Below, one piece after another: positions 12,918 to 24,900 of a DNA stretch of 64,000 nucleotides. This DNA is from Macrostomum lignano. Its lineage: Eukaryota. Each line of letters starts with the position of its first letter. The first letter of the stretch is position 1. Location of the stretch: assembly GCA_002269645.1 (NCBI GenBank), contig NIVC01002970.1:62001-126000 (forward strand), written 5' to 3'. The notes beneath the pieces are model-generated. The model worked only from the letters and a program-made list of their open reading frames with translations, had not been told where the DNA came from and made no database searches. The position numbers and the translations under genes are program-made.

Positions 12918-13385
12918 AGCGCCTAATATGGATATAGTTGGCGCCTGATTGTGATTAGGTTGGCGCCTAATTGGGATTTGGTTGGCGCCTAATTGGGATT
13001 TGGTTGGCGCCTAATTGGGATTTGGTTGGCGCTTAATTGGGATTTGGTTGGCGCTTAATTGGGATTTGGTTGGCGCCTAATTGGGATTTGGTTGGCGCCT
13101 AATTGGGATTTGGTTGGCGTTTAATTGGGATTTGGTTGGCGCCTAATTGGGATTTGGTTGGCGCCTAATTGGGATTTGGTTGGCGCCTAATTGGGATTTG
13201 GTTGGCGCTTAATTGGGATTTGGTTGGCGTTTAATTGGAATTTAGTTGGCGCCTAATTAGGATTCAGTTGGCACCTAATTGGAATGTAGTTGGCGCCTAA
13301 TTAGGATTTAGTTGGCGCCTAATTGGGATATAGTTGGCGCCTATTTGGGATTTGGTTGGCGCCTATTTGGGATTTGGTTGGCGCC
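12918..13385. repeat. 21-bp minisatellite (taattgggatttggttggcgcc)
   Basis: Tandem units. The reverse complement begins ggcgccaaccaa, identical to the 8520-8885 array core. Confidence 0.93.
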
Positions 13386-13406
13386 ACAACCGGGACAAGA
13401 GGCTCT

Positions 13407-14209
13407 GAAATCATGACTGAAGCGCCGAAATCATGACTGAAGTGCCAAAATCATGACTAAAGCGCCGAAATCATGACTGAAGCGCCGAAATCATGACTGA
13501 AGCGCCGAAATTATGACTAAAGCGCCGAAATCATGACTGAAGTGCCAAAATCATGACTAAAGCGCCGAAATCATAACTGAAGCGCCGAAATTATGACTAA
13601 AGCGCCGAAATCATGACTGAAGTGCCAAAATCATGACTAAAGCGCCGAAATCATAACTGAAGCGCCGAAATTATGACTGAAGCGCCGAAATCATGACTGA
13701 AGCGCCGAAATCATGACTGAAGCGCCGAAATCATGACTGAAGCGCCGAAATCATGACTGAAGCGTCAAAATCATGACTAAAGCGCCAAAATCATGACTAA
13801 AGCGCCGAAATCATGACTGAAGCGCCAAAATCATGACTAAAGCGCCGAAATCATGACTAAAGCGCCGAAATCATGACTGAAGCGCCGAAATTATGACTGA
13901 AGCGCCGAAATCATGACTGAAGCGCCAAAATCATGACTAAAGCGCCGAAATCATGACTAAAGCGTAGAAATCATGACTGAAGCGCCGAAATTATGACTGA
14001 AGCGCCGAAATCATGACTGAAGCGCCGAAATCATGACTGAAGCGCCGAAATCATGACTGAAGCGCCAAAATCATGACTAAAGCGCCAAAATCATGACTAA
14101 AGCGCCGAAATCATGACTGAAGCGCCGAAATCATGACTAAAGCGCCGAAATCATGACTGAAGCGCCGAAATCATAACTGAAGCGCCGAAATCATGACTGA
14201 AGCGCCAAA
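13407..14209. repeat. 20-bp minisatellite (agcgccgaaatcatgactga)
   Basis: About 40 tandem units, starting ~20 bp after the preceding array. Confidence 0.96.
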
Positions 14210-14709
14210 CTCTTACATAGTAAGACCCCAATCCAATTAATTCAAAGAATGAAAAAAATTGAATTATTCATATTTGAAAAAATCCAAAACCGCCCAAATA
14301 AATACACAGAGCATGAGGGTCATGGCTCTTCAAATCCTGAGGCAAGATCCCATGGGACTTACAATAAAAAATGTGGAAAAAGAGAGACCAACAACAAGTT
14401 CGAGAAAAGCAAGCCAAGCGTTCTGCGCCGTCACGTTTCTATTGTGTTCTCAAGGACCCAGCAAGATGTTTGATAAATAGCATTTATTAGACCTGCTGGC
14501 TATGGAAGGACTTTAGAATGAAAGATGCGAAGAAAAAGGGATCGGCGCCCCAGCCCCCATGGGGTCCGGGTGCTAGTCCAATTGCACAACCAGTATATAT
14601 AATTGCATATGCAGTCTACAGGACTTACGACTTTGCCCGAGGGGATGGGGCTCCAAGAGAGACGAGGAATTGAGCCAAAATACTCTCTAATTGAAGAGGG
14701 TTATACCAT

Positions 14710-14850
14710 TAAGTTTAGGTCTCATGAGTTTTAGATTTCATGAAGTTTAGGTCACACGAAGTTTAGGTCACACGAAGTTTAGGTCTCATCAAGATTATGT
14801 CTCATATTCTTTAGGTCTTATGAAGTTTAGTTCTTATAAATTTAGGTTTT
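14710..14850. repeat. Short degenerate minisatellite (aagtttaggtcacacg-like)
   Basis: Several tttaggtc-containing units. Confidence 0.6.
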
Positions 14851-17800
14851 GTGAAAGTGGACAATTAAATATTTTAGGTGTGTTCCCAAACAGTGTTCAA
14901 GCAATGCACAGCGGGAGGTTGGGTTAGTCGAGCATTGCAGACTTCCCCTCCACTTTCCCGACGATTCTTACATACGAGCTATGCTTTTTTACTTGCTTAC
15001 CTAAATACTTAGCCTTATTGTTGCGCAGACTTTCCTACGGGGGGGATTGGGTATTCTTGTCCATCGGGACAGCGGGAGGCCAAGTCCGACCCCGACCCCC
15101 TGTTGTGTCTGGGCGCGGGCTGAGGAGGATCCGGGGGGCGCCATGCAGATGCCAGGTTTTTTGACGGTTTGACGTGTCCTTTCTTCAACTTTGAGGGTTG
15201 AAGGCATCGAGCAGACGGGGGGGAGGGGTGAGGGAAGAAGATGAAGCAAAGTAAAGGAGACTTTGAACGATTATCCGGATTGACAACTCAACTTCCCCAA
15301 GTTTGTAGATCCTGAAAACGTGCAAGTGATTGATTGATGCTAAATTGTAGTCGATCAAATCTCGCTATAAAATCAAGTGATCTCATCTTTACTTATTCGC
15401 TAACTGACGAAATGAGTTTGTCAAGCAAGACACTGCATTCTAGTGTCTTGAAAAGTGTCTTGAAAATACTTGGCAATCCAGACTCTTTTTGAAGGTTTTC
15501 TTGGCTTGGGTCGGGGGGCCACTGAGGGCCAGACAAGGCATCGCCTGGAAGGTTCCGTTTTCAGGATCTTACCTAGCCGAACTCCCGTCTGCCCCTGGAA
15601 GATAATGCTATCTCTGTATGTGCCGCAGCGCCTGCTTTGAAAAAAAAGCATTTTTTCTGACGACGAGCGAGAAGAAAACATTTTTGCCCCCCGCGCTTAT
15701 ACTAGTAGGGTGAATACTGTGAGACTGGATATGGCTAGTCCCTGATGATTCGATGCGGTCAGAATCACAGAACCGGTGCGCGTGCTTGCGTGTTGGAATT
15801 GCACAGAACGTGCCTTTGCTGCTGACGCTGACTCCGACTTGTGAGGCCGAGACGGGTTGGCTGACTAAGCTGTGTCAGGAAGAATTAGTAAGTCTATATA
15901 GGTATCCCCAACCTGTAACCTTAATTAACTTTCATTGTTGCCTAGGATTGCTTCATATTATTGAGCAAGTTCATGACTTCTGATTTGTATCGAAAGCAAT
16001 TTCCTACACCGCGGCGGGGTAATAAAAAAGACGAACAATACGAGCTAGCAAGAAGGTTGCGAGTACCTTCGGCGACGTCCCACTGAAATCAGTTCTGCCC
16101 ATTTCGCTGACTCCTGACTGTTGTACAGTCAGGGAAACTGTTGTACACTGTGCAGCCGTAGGGTCAGGCATGTACACTCCCTGTGCCTTGGGGGTTGGCC
16201 TTCATGGCTGCGAATCGCACCCTGCCCTCTGCACCCCTGGGTGAAAATTGGATAAAAGATAATTTGGTGGTATTTCGGCTTGAAACAGAATCATTTTATC
16301 AGTCCCGTCCTCTCTAATTAAGGCTCATCAGTCAGTATTCGCACCTTTTGCACAGTCGCTTACTTAAATTGCATCTGAAGGTGATAATCAGTATGCGAAT
16401 CGTTTTGATGAGTCACACTGGCGCAGTGAGTTCTAAAATCTACCGATAATTGAGTGAGGCTGTTGACGCTGCAGTTTAGGAGAGCTCACCCCACTCTCTC
16501 CTTTGTGGTTCTTCAGCAAACACAAAAGCTTGAGCAATGGGTTTCCGTAGTCGTATAATGGTCGTACGAAATCTACCGTAGTGGGTCTCCGAGCGTCGCA
16601 GCTATACATGTCTATATGAAGGCAAACAATGAATGAGCAAACCGAAATCTGAGCAAATTTTCAGCGAGCAAGTTGAGCAACGCGAGAGACAAAGAGAGAA
16701 GAAGGGACCGCTGCCTGTTGTGGCTTAGAAGGGAAAAATAAGGTCCGTTCGCTCTCGATTCGTACCTGGCCTAGCTGGCTTGAGTGGAAAGCAAACACAC
16801 AGTGAAGGTCGATGTGCTCAAGGGTTTTGGCAGTACAGGAAGTGGCTTCGGTTTGCCGTTGTCTTTTTTGGTTTTACAGTCTGTGTAATAGGTTGATCCC
16901 AATCTTCCGCCTGTTCTCCCGAAACTCTCACTACTCACTCGCTGGCTCAATCAATCACTCAATCCTGCTGCTCTTGTCTCGAGTGTGAGAAGGATTGGGT
17001 GGGTTTGGGACGACTCAGCCCCAAGTTCCAGGCCGCTATGACGAAGCCGAGGCTTTGTTTTGTCAGGACTCCCCGTGTGTTTGCCTACCGACGTGTGTGT
17101 GTGCGCAGGAGCGGCTTCGGAGGGTCCGTTTCACAAGCAGAGAAAATGAAGCTTCGGAATATAAATTAAAGACAAACAAATGGTCGACGAGCGGAGGCCA
17201 CACACACACACTCTCCACACACCCAGAGGCAGAGGCAGCCACTGCCAGGCTTCAACTCCAACTGTACTCAAAATTCAAACAAGCCGACGTGAAGACCCCG
17301 GCCAGGAAGGAACCGCCGGAGCCCATTGCTGACAGAGCAAGTTGAGGCGGCAGCTGAGGAAAGCCAGTTCAAATCTCAGCTATGCACGCAGTCTATAGTT
17401 TTGTTTGATGGGTGGAGGAGACAGAAGTGGGTTATGGGGGAGAAGAGGAGATGGAGGGATAGAGAGAGAGGAATTATTGACAGCCCTACCTCCGCGGACC
17501 TCAATTGCTTCCAAAAACTGATGGGCGCCCCATACTGACTGACAAGCTACCATCCGGAACTGTGGGGTGGCAGGGAGGGCAGACCGGCAGGCAAAAGCCC
17601 CACCAGACTTGTCTGTCGACTGAGAGGCAGCCACTGCCCGCCTTTCTCAGCTTGCTTTTTAGTTAGCCCCTATTCGCTGGCAGACCTCATTGGCTAGGCA
17701 CACACGTCACTCACCTCACCAACCCATTTCTTCGGAATAAAAGCAGGCTTACAAAAGAGAATCGGGGGATACCCACACACACACACGCGAGCGCCTTGTC

Positions 17801-17887
17801 TCTTGTCAAAGCTAATAGCTTTCTTTCATAAGACCATAGATAGGATAGCTCGATTTTATTAAAGAGAACAAGGACGAACGCATCGAG

Positions 17888-19861
17888 ATGTCACTGCAAC
17901 CACTGCACTGTCATCTTCTACTGCTGATCTTGCTAGCGTCGCCCGCAGCTATCGCGGCTCTGGAGTTCAGCCAGCACAAATGCGAGCCAATATCGATTGA
18001 AGTTTGCCAGAACATCGGCTATAATCAGACAACGAAGTTGCAAAACTTGGCCGGTCACAGCGACCCGCGCGACGCCGAAGTTCTGTTGAGCACGTTCTCC
18101 CCACTCATCTCGTATCAGTGCTCGCGCAATCTCAAGTTCTTCCTGTGCAGCGTCTTGATGCCAATGTGCGACGCCAAGTGGCCTAAACCCATCGGCCCGT
18201 GCCGGCCGCTGTGCGAACGCGTCCAGCACCGATGCCTGCCCGTGCTGGAGAAGTTCGGCTTCAAATGGCCGACTTTCCTCAACTGCACCCGATTCCCAAT
18301 CAGCAACCAGCGCGGCGACGAAATGTGCATGGAGGGCAGTCCGGAAAGCGATCTGGACGACTCGTCAACGTCGCAGTCTTTCTGGCCGGAGGGCAGCGGT
18401 CTCGACTATCGCTACCCGTCGAACGGACCGGCTGTTCGGCCTCCGTCAAAAGATGTCGATGGAGGTGCTGGGGAATCTAACATCGATTGGAACGAGCGTC
18501 TGCGCGCCTGGCGAGCGGCAGTTCGGGCCAAGTCCTTCCAGCCGGACTGCCGCCACATGCGCAACAACCGGCAGTACGCGTACATCAACCACACTGGCGA
18601 CTGCGCGCTGCGCTGCAACGGCCATGATCTGTTCAGCGAGGGAGACAAGCGCCTCGCCGACATCTGGATCGGCGTCCTAGCCAGCCTGTGCGCGTTCAGC
18701 TCCCTGGCCACCATCTTGACTTTCCTAATCGACAGGCCCAGGTTCAAGTATCCGGTGCGGCCCGTTGTGTTCATGGCGCTCTGCTACCTGTGCTACAGCA
18801 TCTCGTACTTTGTCCGCCTCATCGCTGGCCGGGAGACGGCCGCCTGCGACCGCGATCCTCTCACAGGTCAGCTGGTGCTCATCCGCCAGGGTCTGGACAA
18901 CACCAACTGCGCCGTTGTCTTCTTACTGCAGTACTTCTTTAGCACGGCTGCCAACGTCTGGTACGTTATCCTGGTGTTTACCTGGCTGCTGCAGGCCGGC
19001 TGGAAGTGGAGCCCGGAGGCTGTGGCCAAGCGGTCCTGCTATTTTCACCTGCCCGCCTGGATTCTGCCAGTCGGTCTGACTGTCGCCGTACTGATTCTTC
19101 GCCGCGTGGAAGCCGACGAACTGTTCGGCATGTGCAACGTTGGCCACCAGAGCAGCGACATGCTTCTCGGCTTCGTGATCGTGCCCAACCTGCTCTTCCT
19201 GCTGCTCGAGGCCGTCTTCCTAGTCGCCGGCTTCGTCGCCATGTCGCGAGTTCGTCGACACGTGAAATCCGACGGCCAGAAGACGAACAAATTCGACGTG
19301 CTAATGGGCAAAATCGGTCTGTTCTCGGCGCTCTACATCGTTCCAACCGCTTGCTTGACTGGCTTCAATTTCTACGAGTTCTCCAATCGCGACCTGTGGC
19401 ACCTGCCTGGCAGTCCGTTCCGCCCCAGCGTGGCCGCCTTCCTCATCAAGGTTTTCGCTTCTCTGGCCATCGGTCTCACCACGGTGCTGTGGATCTGGAG
19501 CTGCAAGACAGTCAACTCTTGGCGCAGCTTCCTGCTGCCGGGACGCAGCGCCGCTCACTACCGGAAGACAGCCTGCGGCTCCGCTCCGGAGGCCGCTCTG
19601 CCGCCGCTGCCGCAGCAGCATCAGCAGCATCAGCAGCAGTACCAGCAGCAGGCTCAGCATCTCAACGGTGGAGCAGCTTCGCCAAACGGCTGGACCAAGC
19701 AGCATCCGATGCAGCAGCAGCAGCAGCATCATCATTACCAACAGCTGCAGCCACCATTTCAACAGCATCAGCAGCAGCACTTTGCTCTTGGCGACAAGAC
19801 CATTACCGGCTACCCGAAGATGCAGCAGAGACCTGGTCCCGACTCGACCACCTTCCTGTGA
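17888..19861 (+). CDS. fzd4: Frizzled-4-like Wnt receptor, 657 aa, no intron in CDS
   Basis: Signal peptide; CRD with 10 Cys (CEPISIEVC...DEMCMEG, close to FZD4 HMCMEG); 7 TM segments (TFLID..RF.YP, GLDNTNC, DELFGMC); KTVNSW = KTxxxW at 19505-19522. FZD4-type traits from recalled sequence: K in TM6 (KIGLF), short Cys-free ECL3, NGWTK like FZD4 NGWVK. Q/H-rich tail ending in T-F-L, a class I PDZ-ligand pattern. Confidence 0.95.
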   Translation: MSLQPLHCHLLLLILLASPAAIAALEFSQHKCEPISIEVCQNIGYNQTTKLQNLAGHSDPRDAEVLLSTFSPLISYQCSRNLKFFLCSVLMPMCDAKWPKPIGPCRPLCERVQHRCLPVLEKFGFKWPTFLNCTRFPISNQRGDEMCMEGSPESDLDDSSTSQSFWPEGSGLDYRYPSNGPAVRPPSKDVDGGAGESNIDWNERLRAWRAAVRAKSFQPDCRHMRNNRQYAYINHTGDCALRCNGHDLFSEGDKRLADIWIGVLASLCAFSSLATILTFLIDRPRFKYPVRPVVFMALCYLCYSISYFVRLIAGRETAACDRDPLTGQLVLIRQGLDNTNCAVVFLLQYFFSTAANVWYVILVFTWLLQAGWKWSPEAVAKRSCYFHLPAWILPVGLTVAVLILRRVEADELFGMCNVGHQSSDMLLGFVIVPNLLFLLLEAVFLVAGFVAMSRVRRHVKSDGQKTNKFDVLMGKIGLFSALYIVPTACLTGFNFYEFSNRDLWHLPGSPFRPSVAAFLIKVFASLAIGLTTVLWIWSCKTVNSWRSFLLPGRSAAHYRKTACGSAPEAALPPLPQQHQQHQQQYQQQAQHLNGGAASPNGWTKQHPMQQQQQHHHYQQLQPPFQQHQQQHFALGDKTITGYPKMQQRPGPDSTTFL

Positions 19862-20689
19862 ATTCAATAGTCCCAACAAAGGTAAGCGTTGTCTTATTTC
19901 TTAAGACAAGTTAAGGTTTTCGAAGAGTGATAATTACAATACTAATCAACCTATCAATCTATTAGCGTTAAATGGTCAATATTTGTAGATTCTGAGGAGA
20001 TTCTGACTGACAGGTGTGTAGTGATAATGACCTGCTAGCTTGAAAAGGTCTGAACAGAGACTGGCTTCGCAAGCGTAATATTAGGGACTGGGTAAACAAT
20101 CACGGCGAACGGTCTCTCAGATTTACAAGCATAGTGAACGTCAAATAGTTAAATTTGGCCCTTGCTTTTCTTGGCAAAATTATTCTAAGCATTATAGCCT
20201 TGCCTCTGCCTGACTGACTGACTCAGTGCAGAGGGGGTGGCTGCTGTGCTAAAGGAAGGTGTCTTAACTTGAAAACCCAGTGCATAGGTCCCTTAGACCC
20301 GCGAGCTTGAAGGGGTTTTAAGCTTTAGCTTAGCGTAAGGAAAACTCTATGTATGAGGTGGCGGTCCAGTGATTTTCAATTGATAACACCCAAGCCTACC
20401 AGCGCAAGGAAAAGCTTTTGCCTGGGTAGAGAATGCATTACTTTTGGCACAGTCAGTCAAGCCTCAAGCAATGCCACCCTGCTTTAATCAACTAATTTAT
20501 ACCCTTACCTGTCAATCAAACAGCATTGACTGCCTTGGGGTCTGTCCCCTCAGGTCTGCCTGACCCTACCAAGCACCGTGGTTTGATCTGGGCCTGGTTA
20601 GACAAGGTGTGTAGCGTTAAGATTAACGCTTGCAGTCTGCAATATTTTAACAAAGGTTGCTATGACTTTAATTATGATCCCATTGACAC

Positions 20690-20885
20690 TTATTTGACAG
20701 TACTGACACAGCTGAAGTATTCCTGACACAGTTCTGACACACTTCTGACACAGTTTGACCGCCCTGACACAGTTTGGCATTCCTGACACAGTTTACCAGC
20801 CCTGACATGGCTTAAATGTTCCTGACACAGTTTACCAGCCCTGACACCTAATTTAACTAGATTGATATAAACCTGTCTGACACCT
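20690..20885. repeat. Degenerate ctgacacag-based minisatellite
   Basis: Repeated ctgacacagttt units. Confidence 0.75.
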
Positions 20886-21827
20886 ATGATTCTAACAAGT
20901 CGTCCATTTTTTTCAATAATCCTTTAGCCAGCCAGTCAGCATCAGCGAATCCTGTGGCTTTGAATCTGCAAATCTTCAGAAAAAATTGCGATCCAATAAT
21001 TGTCTGCTCCTGCTTGGAAGAAGCGGTAGCAATCGAGAAACGTTGCAGAAACTCCACCGTTCTCTCTCGCACGCACTCGCTAACGAGCTTAAACAGAAAA
21101 TAGATTTAGCAAATTCAACATTGTATATAAGCAATCAATTGAATTCTTGTAATGCACAGACAGGCAGTTTATCTACGTATCTGCTGCGCTGTAGTTGCTG
21201 CTGTCAATAAGTTCAGCTATGCCATGCGACTAAGTCAGTTAACTCATTTCACCGTGTAGATGATAGTAAACTGGATTGTGTACTTTTTGTATTTGTACAG
21301 CTGACTTTTACCGTGTTGTCATTGGCAACGTAGCTTCAATGTAACAAACAGTTCATGAATTATCGACAGCTTTTGTTACATATTGCAGAAAGTCAACTGG
21401 TTAGTACTGTATGTTATTTACTGCATAAAATACTTGTCTATCGAAATCAGAAAATTTTTCTTTTTTTTCATCTCATTTCGGACCAAAATTGCTTTCACAG
21501 TTTTCATCGATTAAATTGCGCGTTTTCAATGCAGCCGATTATCTAGCGATATAGTTGACAACTCTTGCTGCTTCTAGTTCGCTAGGTTTCGAATATCAGA
21601 AACACCTGTAGTCACGAGCTTATTCTGTTACAAATCAACCTCTGTAATTACTGCAGTAGCATATGTAGGTATGTTGCGTTTGTGCGTATTTTTTGGCTAT
21701 CAATTTTCATTTTAAACTGTCAAACTATTTCCAAATGTTGTGTTTCATTCATACAATTTATTTCTGTGTATAATATATGGCTTAATGGATAGTCTTTTTT
21801 AGACTTCTAATCACAACTCGATCACCC

Positions 21828-21990
21828 TAACAGTGACACCTCTGACACTCCTGACACCCCTGACACCCCTGACACCTCTGACGCCTCCGACAACCCTGAC
21901 ATCTCTGACAACTGACATCCCTGACAACCCCTGACACCCCCAGACACATCGAACACTTCTGACAGCACTGGTACCCCTGACAACCCTGCC
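21828..21990. repeat. Degenerate ctgacaccc/ctgacaac short tandem repeat
   Basis: Repeated ~9-10-bp units. Confidence 0.7.
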
Positions 21991-24900
21991 AATCATACTC
22001 TATTTCTGTCTTACATTAGTGCAGCTACATAGCTTGCGTCAGAGTTTCACCTGTGTTTGTAATAATCTGTTTTGTCGCTAAAAATATCTTCCTCCAATCT
22101 GAGCTTAGTTCTGATCTCTTTTTCTATTTATATTTAAACTAAACTTTTTTAGCGTCTGAACTCAAGTCGCGAACTACAATTTGTGATCAGTTTGCTATTG
22201 CTTTTAGCAAAAGCAGTCAGTACGAATTAGGTCGAGCTTCACCTGCCGCGCCCGAATTAATTTTTACTTTAAAAGTTTCATGTACTTTTAGCTTTTGTAT
22301 TAGTTTGAGTCAAATTTTCTATACCAATGAATGCTCTTTGTTTCAAATCAAATGTTTTTTATAGCAGTTTTAATCGTTTTTAAACAAAAAAATACTCGCA
22401 TAACAACCGGCTGTTTACCTTAGCTACGGACAATAACTCTTGATCTCCAAGGTAAACTGTCCGGTTACTAGGATGATGAACTAATGCTGATTTGAGTTTT
22501 CTATCAACCATCTTTTGCATGTCCGTCTGAATTATGACTGGTCCTAATTCTCATGTTCTTATCTTCTAAAAAAATGCAATACAAAGTTTCGGCGTTTTAG
22601 TAGCGTAGTGTACATAGGACTTAGCTGACAGTTTCAAATGATAATTACCTTAGTTAACGGTTTGCATACTACTTACGATATCTGTGTACTAAATAAATGT
22701 CTATGCTGAGAAGTATTATACTACATATTTTATGGAATCGAAGATCCGTAAATATAATTCGAAAGCTTTGTCGTTCATTTTCTCCAAAAATTCATCCCGT
22801 ACATCCTTCCTTGGCATTGAGATAACTAAGCATTACGCATGGCCTTGGGGAAACGAGCCTTGAGATGAATGAGTCAGCCAACCACGCTGGGGGATACTGC
22901 TAAGCTGCACACTGTTTTAGACCCTTGGGATTTGGATATTTATTACTCTCATCAGATAGGACTGCTAACTGTTTCTTAATAACGTATTAGAAAGCGATTT
23001 GCATGTCTGAGATTGGCAGAAGATCAGCAGCGTGCTCCACTATGGGAACTGATTAGTATAATTAGGGTCTGCATGACTCAAAATTTCGATTTTGTAAATA
23101 TTTCAAAACATCGACACAGGCCCAGACTGCTTTTTTGACATGCAGTCTTTCTCTTTCTGTCTGACTGGCCGCTATCAAACTGCAGAAATTATTTAGTACG
23201 AGTTATGTCGTGTGTGGGCCTGTAGACTCTGAGCTCAAATTTACAAAACTGTGCTCACTATTCTGTCTGGTTTGGCTGTGTTTCGGTTTTGAGCGGTGCT
23301 ATATGCAAAAGCTATCATGCAACAGGAGTGGCAGCAGGCCTCACGGCGGGGGTGGGGAGAGGGGTTGACACTGCGCGAGTGAATTGAGCGGAAGCTGCAT
23401 GAACAACTGTCAACATTCATTTCAATTCAACTCTTGTCATGCTCCTAGTGCAGGGGTTGGGTTGTTCTGGTAAAATATAGTAAAGCTAATTTTTAATATA
23501 CTCATAAAATCGCATAGAGTAAGTCTTTTGTCTGAAGAATTTAACGCTCCGCAAGTTCATTATTTCATTGTACTAAAGTACCACGTACATTTTAAGTTGG
23601 TTCAGTCTTCCCTGATCTGTAATACGTAAAGCTTCGAGTACATACTTTGTTTTAATTTCTTAACTTTCCTCTCATTCTAGCTTGTACTCAGAGCTCTAAA
23701 TTGAATTCGGAATTTCGGCCAGCGGCATGCAAAAGTTTTTCAGTAACTTTTTTTCGACAGTCTCTCATATAGCTATCGCATTGTAAGGGTCAGCTGGAGC
23801 TATCATTTGTCTCTCAGTCTGCAATGCCATATTTCATCTCTGTTTGCAGTCTCTATGCTTCATCTGTCGACTCTTTTTCTTAACTTTTCGTCTCTTTTTC
23901 ATTGCTCCGCTTCTACGAGTATCTCTGCTCTCCTCTTTCTTGATTATAATTTATATACCGCCTCAGTTATATTTAGAGCCTGCTGCAGCTAACTGAACAC
24001 CTGTCACACACATCAGTCAGGTGTGACAGCGCAAACACAATGGTTATCCAAGAGAAGGCCTTCAGCTCATTTCTTTCTTTCTTTAACGGACTCAAATCTC
24101 TTTCCAACCTGGCGTGGCTTCTCGTTGAAGGCAAAGCCATTTCGTCTATCAATTGTGCACCTGATTTCTCTACCATCTCTATCCTTCCCTCCTGTTTAGT
24201 GAATTCTCTTTCCATTTCTACCCGCAGGAATGAGTTGAGTCCCTACTATTGCTCAGGCTTCTAAAATTGTGAGCCGAGAGGAAAAAAGACCGACAGACAC
24301 TTCATTCCATAAGCATTATGCTATATGGAGAGCTGAGAACTGCATCTGACAGCTATTTGAACTGAGAGGGGGGGGGGCCGCGTGTATTATACAGAAGCGG
24401 GTATTATAACTGCCGAAATAGCGCATTTCTTCAACAACCACCCCGCGCCGCGCTTCAATCAAAAAAGAGACGCGTGTGCCATCGGGTGGGGGCAGCTTTT
24501 GGAGTAAGAGAGATGAATTTCAGCTTGTTTGCCTCCGCTGAGGCATCTAGCAGTAGCAGCAAGCAGGAGCAGCGGCAGCAGAAGCGGCGCGGTGGCTCTC
24601 CCATCAAAGTTCTCGTTATTTTTTTCTAAAAAATAACAGCAGCAGCAGCAGCGGGAGCCTCCGTTGCTTCTCTATTGTACAGAGAGAAAACAGCCGCTTG
24701 GGCATTTCCGCACTGTTTATTGCATCTTCCGTAGGAATCCGTCGTGTTCTGCGCCAACGCGCTGATTGGATTTACACGATGCGCGGGCGGTGCTGCAGCC
24801 GAGCGGGAGCCTATTGGGGGTGGGGCCATGGGATTAAGCGCGTAATGCCGATCACAGTTTACAAGTGTTCCTATCCTTGCATTGATGAGAACAATTGCTT

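Noticed and set aside
16541-16602. tRNA-Val-like start (gtttccgtagt...)
   Set aside because: No B-box or T-arm and no acceptor-stem pairing.
14220-17880. PRSS23 or other vertebrate FZD4 neighbours; assorted 70-116-aa ORFs upstream of fzd4
   Set aside because: No protease or other recognisable motifs; the ORFs lack splice or composition support.
17933-19914. Several antisense and alternative-frame ORFs over frizzled
   Set aside because: Expected shadows of a GC-rich CDS; no independent features.
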